A stretch of 64,000 nt of DNA from positions 251,782,001 through 251,846,000 of the forward strand of contig OZ024743.1 in the NCBI GenBank assembly GCA_964016885.1. Direction: 5' to 3'. This stretch comes from Eledone cirrhosa (taxonomy: Eukaryota). Position numbers and translations under genes: made by a program. Positions 63,443-64,000 of the stretch are shown in pieces. Under the pieces are notes generated by a model. It was not told where the DNA came from, ran no database searches, and saw nothing but the letters and a program-made list of their open reading frames with translations. The number at the start of each line of letters is the position of its first letter. The stretch's first letter is position 1.

Positions 63443-63965
63443 CTACACATACTTATATACATATGTATACATACATAGATACACTTACACACACACACAT
63501 ATATATATGTACACACATATACATTCTTTTATACATATATATATATAGAGAGAGAGAGATACATATTAATGTATACACATATATGCATATATGTAGTTAT
63601 ATAGATATATACGCATACATATGTTGTGTATGTATGTATGTGTGATGTAGTGTTAGGTGATAATGACATGTAATTCTCTGATAACTTGATATACTGAAAT
63701 AAGATGTTTAAGACTTATTCATGCAGAACTAAGCTATTCCCCCCCTTCCCCTTCTTGCTCAAGAACTATTTCACTTTCTGTGGTTTTTAATGTTTATTTT
63801 CTTATTCCTTAGCTATTTTCTCACTACTTCAAACATTCAGAGTCCATTGTACTCATTTCTATATACTTTAATTCTTTTACTGGTTCCTGAGGCCATGCTG
63901 GGGCACTGCCTTGAAGGGTTTTAATGGACCATATCAACTGTCACTTCAATATTATTTACATTTAA

Positions 63966-64000
63966 GGCGGTGGATTGGCAGAATCGGTAGAGGATCGGAT
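63966..64000 (+). mobile_element. SINE family A head (cut by window edge)
   Basis: ggcggtggattggcagaatcggtagag. Confidence 0.7.

Overview
AT-rich eukaryotic DNA made almost entirely of repeats; I could not support any host gene. The repeat content resembles a cephalopod (Octopus-like) genome, but that is pattern recognition, not a database result. Contents: (1) A frameshifted Tx1/L1-clade LINE plus a 3' fragment. (2) At least seven Penelope-like element (PLE; RT + GIY-YIG) remnants. (3) About 14 type-I hammerhead ribozyme (HHR) motifs, folded by eye, including U4->A and U4->C core variants and long-stem-II forms. (4) A family of ~60-200 bp fold-back mini-elements, mostly in (TA)n tracts, that carry only the 3' half of an HHR. 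(5) Three RTE-clade LINEs with a C4HC3 PHD-like finger inside the RT region, one BovB-like RTE, and RTE and CRE fragments. (6) A non-coding 2,033-bp LTR element with a 4-bp TSD and a tRNA-Trp-like PBS. (7) Two tRNA-derived SINE families, MITEs and very dense micro/minisatellites. The main theme is 5' inverted duplication (snap-back) at insertion ends, with arms from ~14 to 539 bp, including one SINE inserted as a near-perfect hairpin between 14-bp TSDs.
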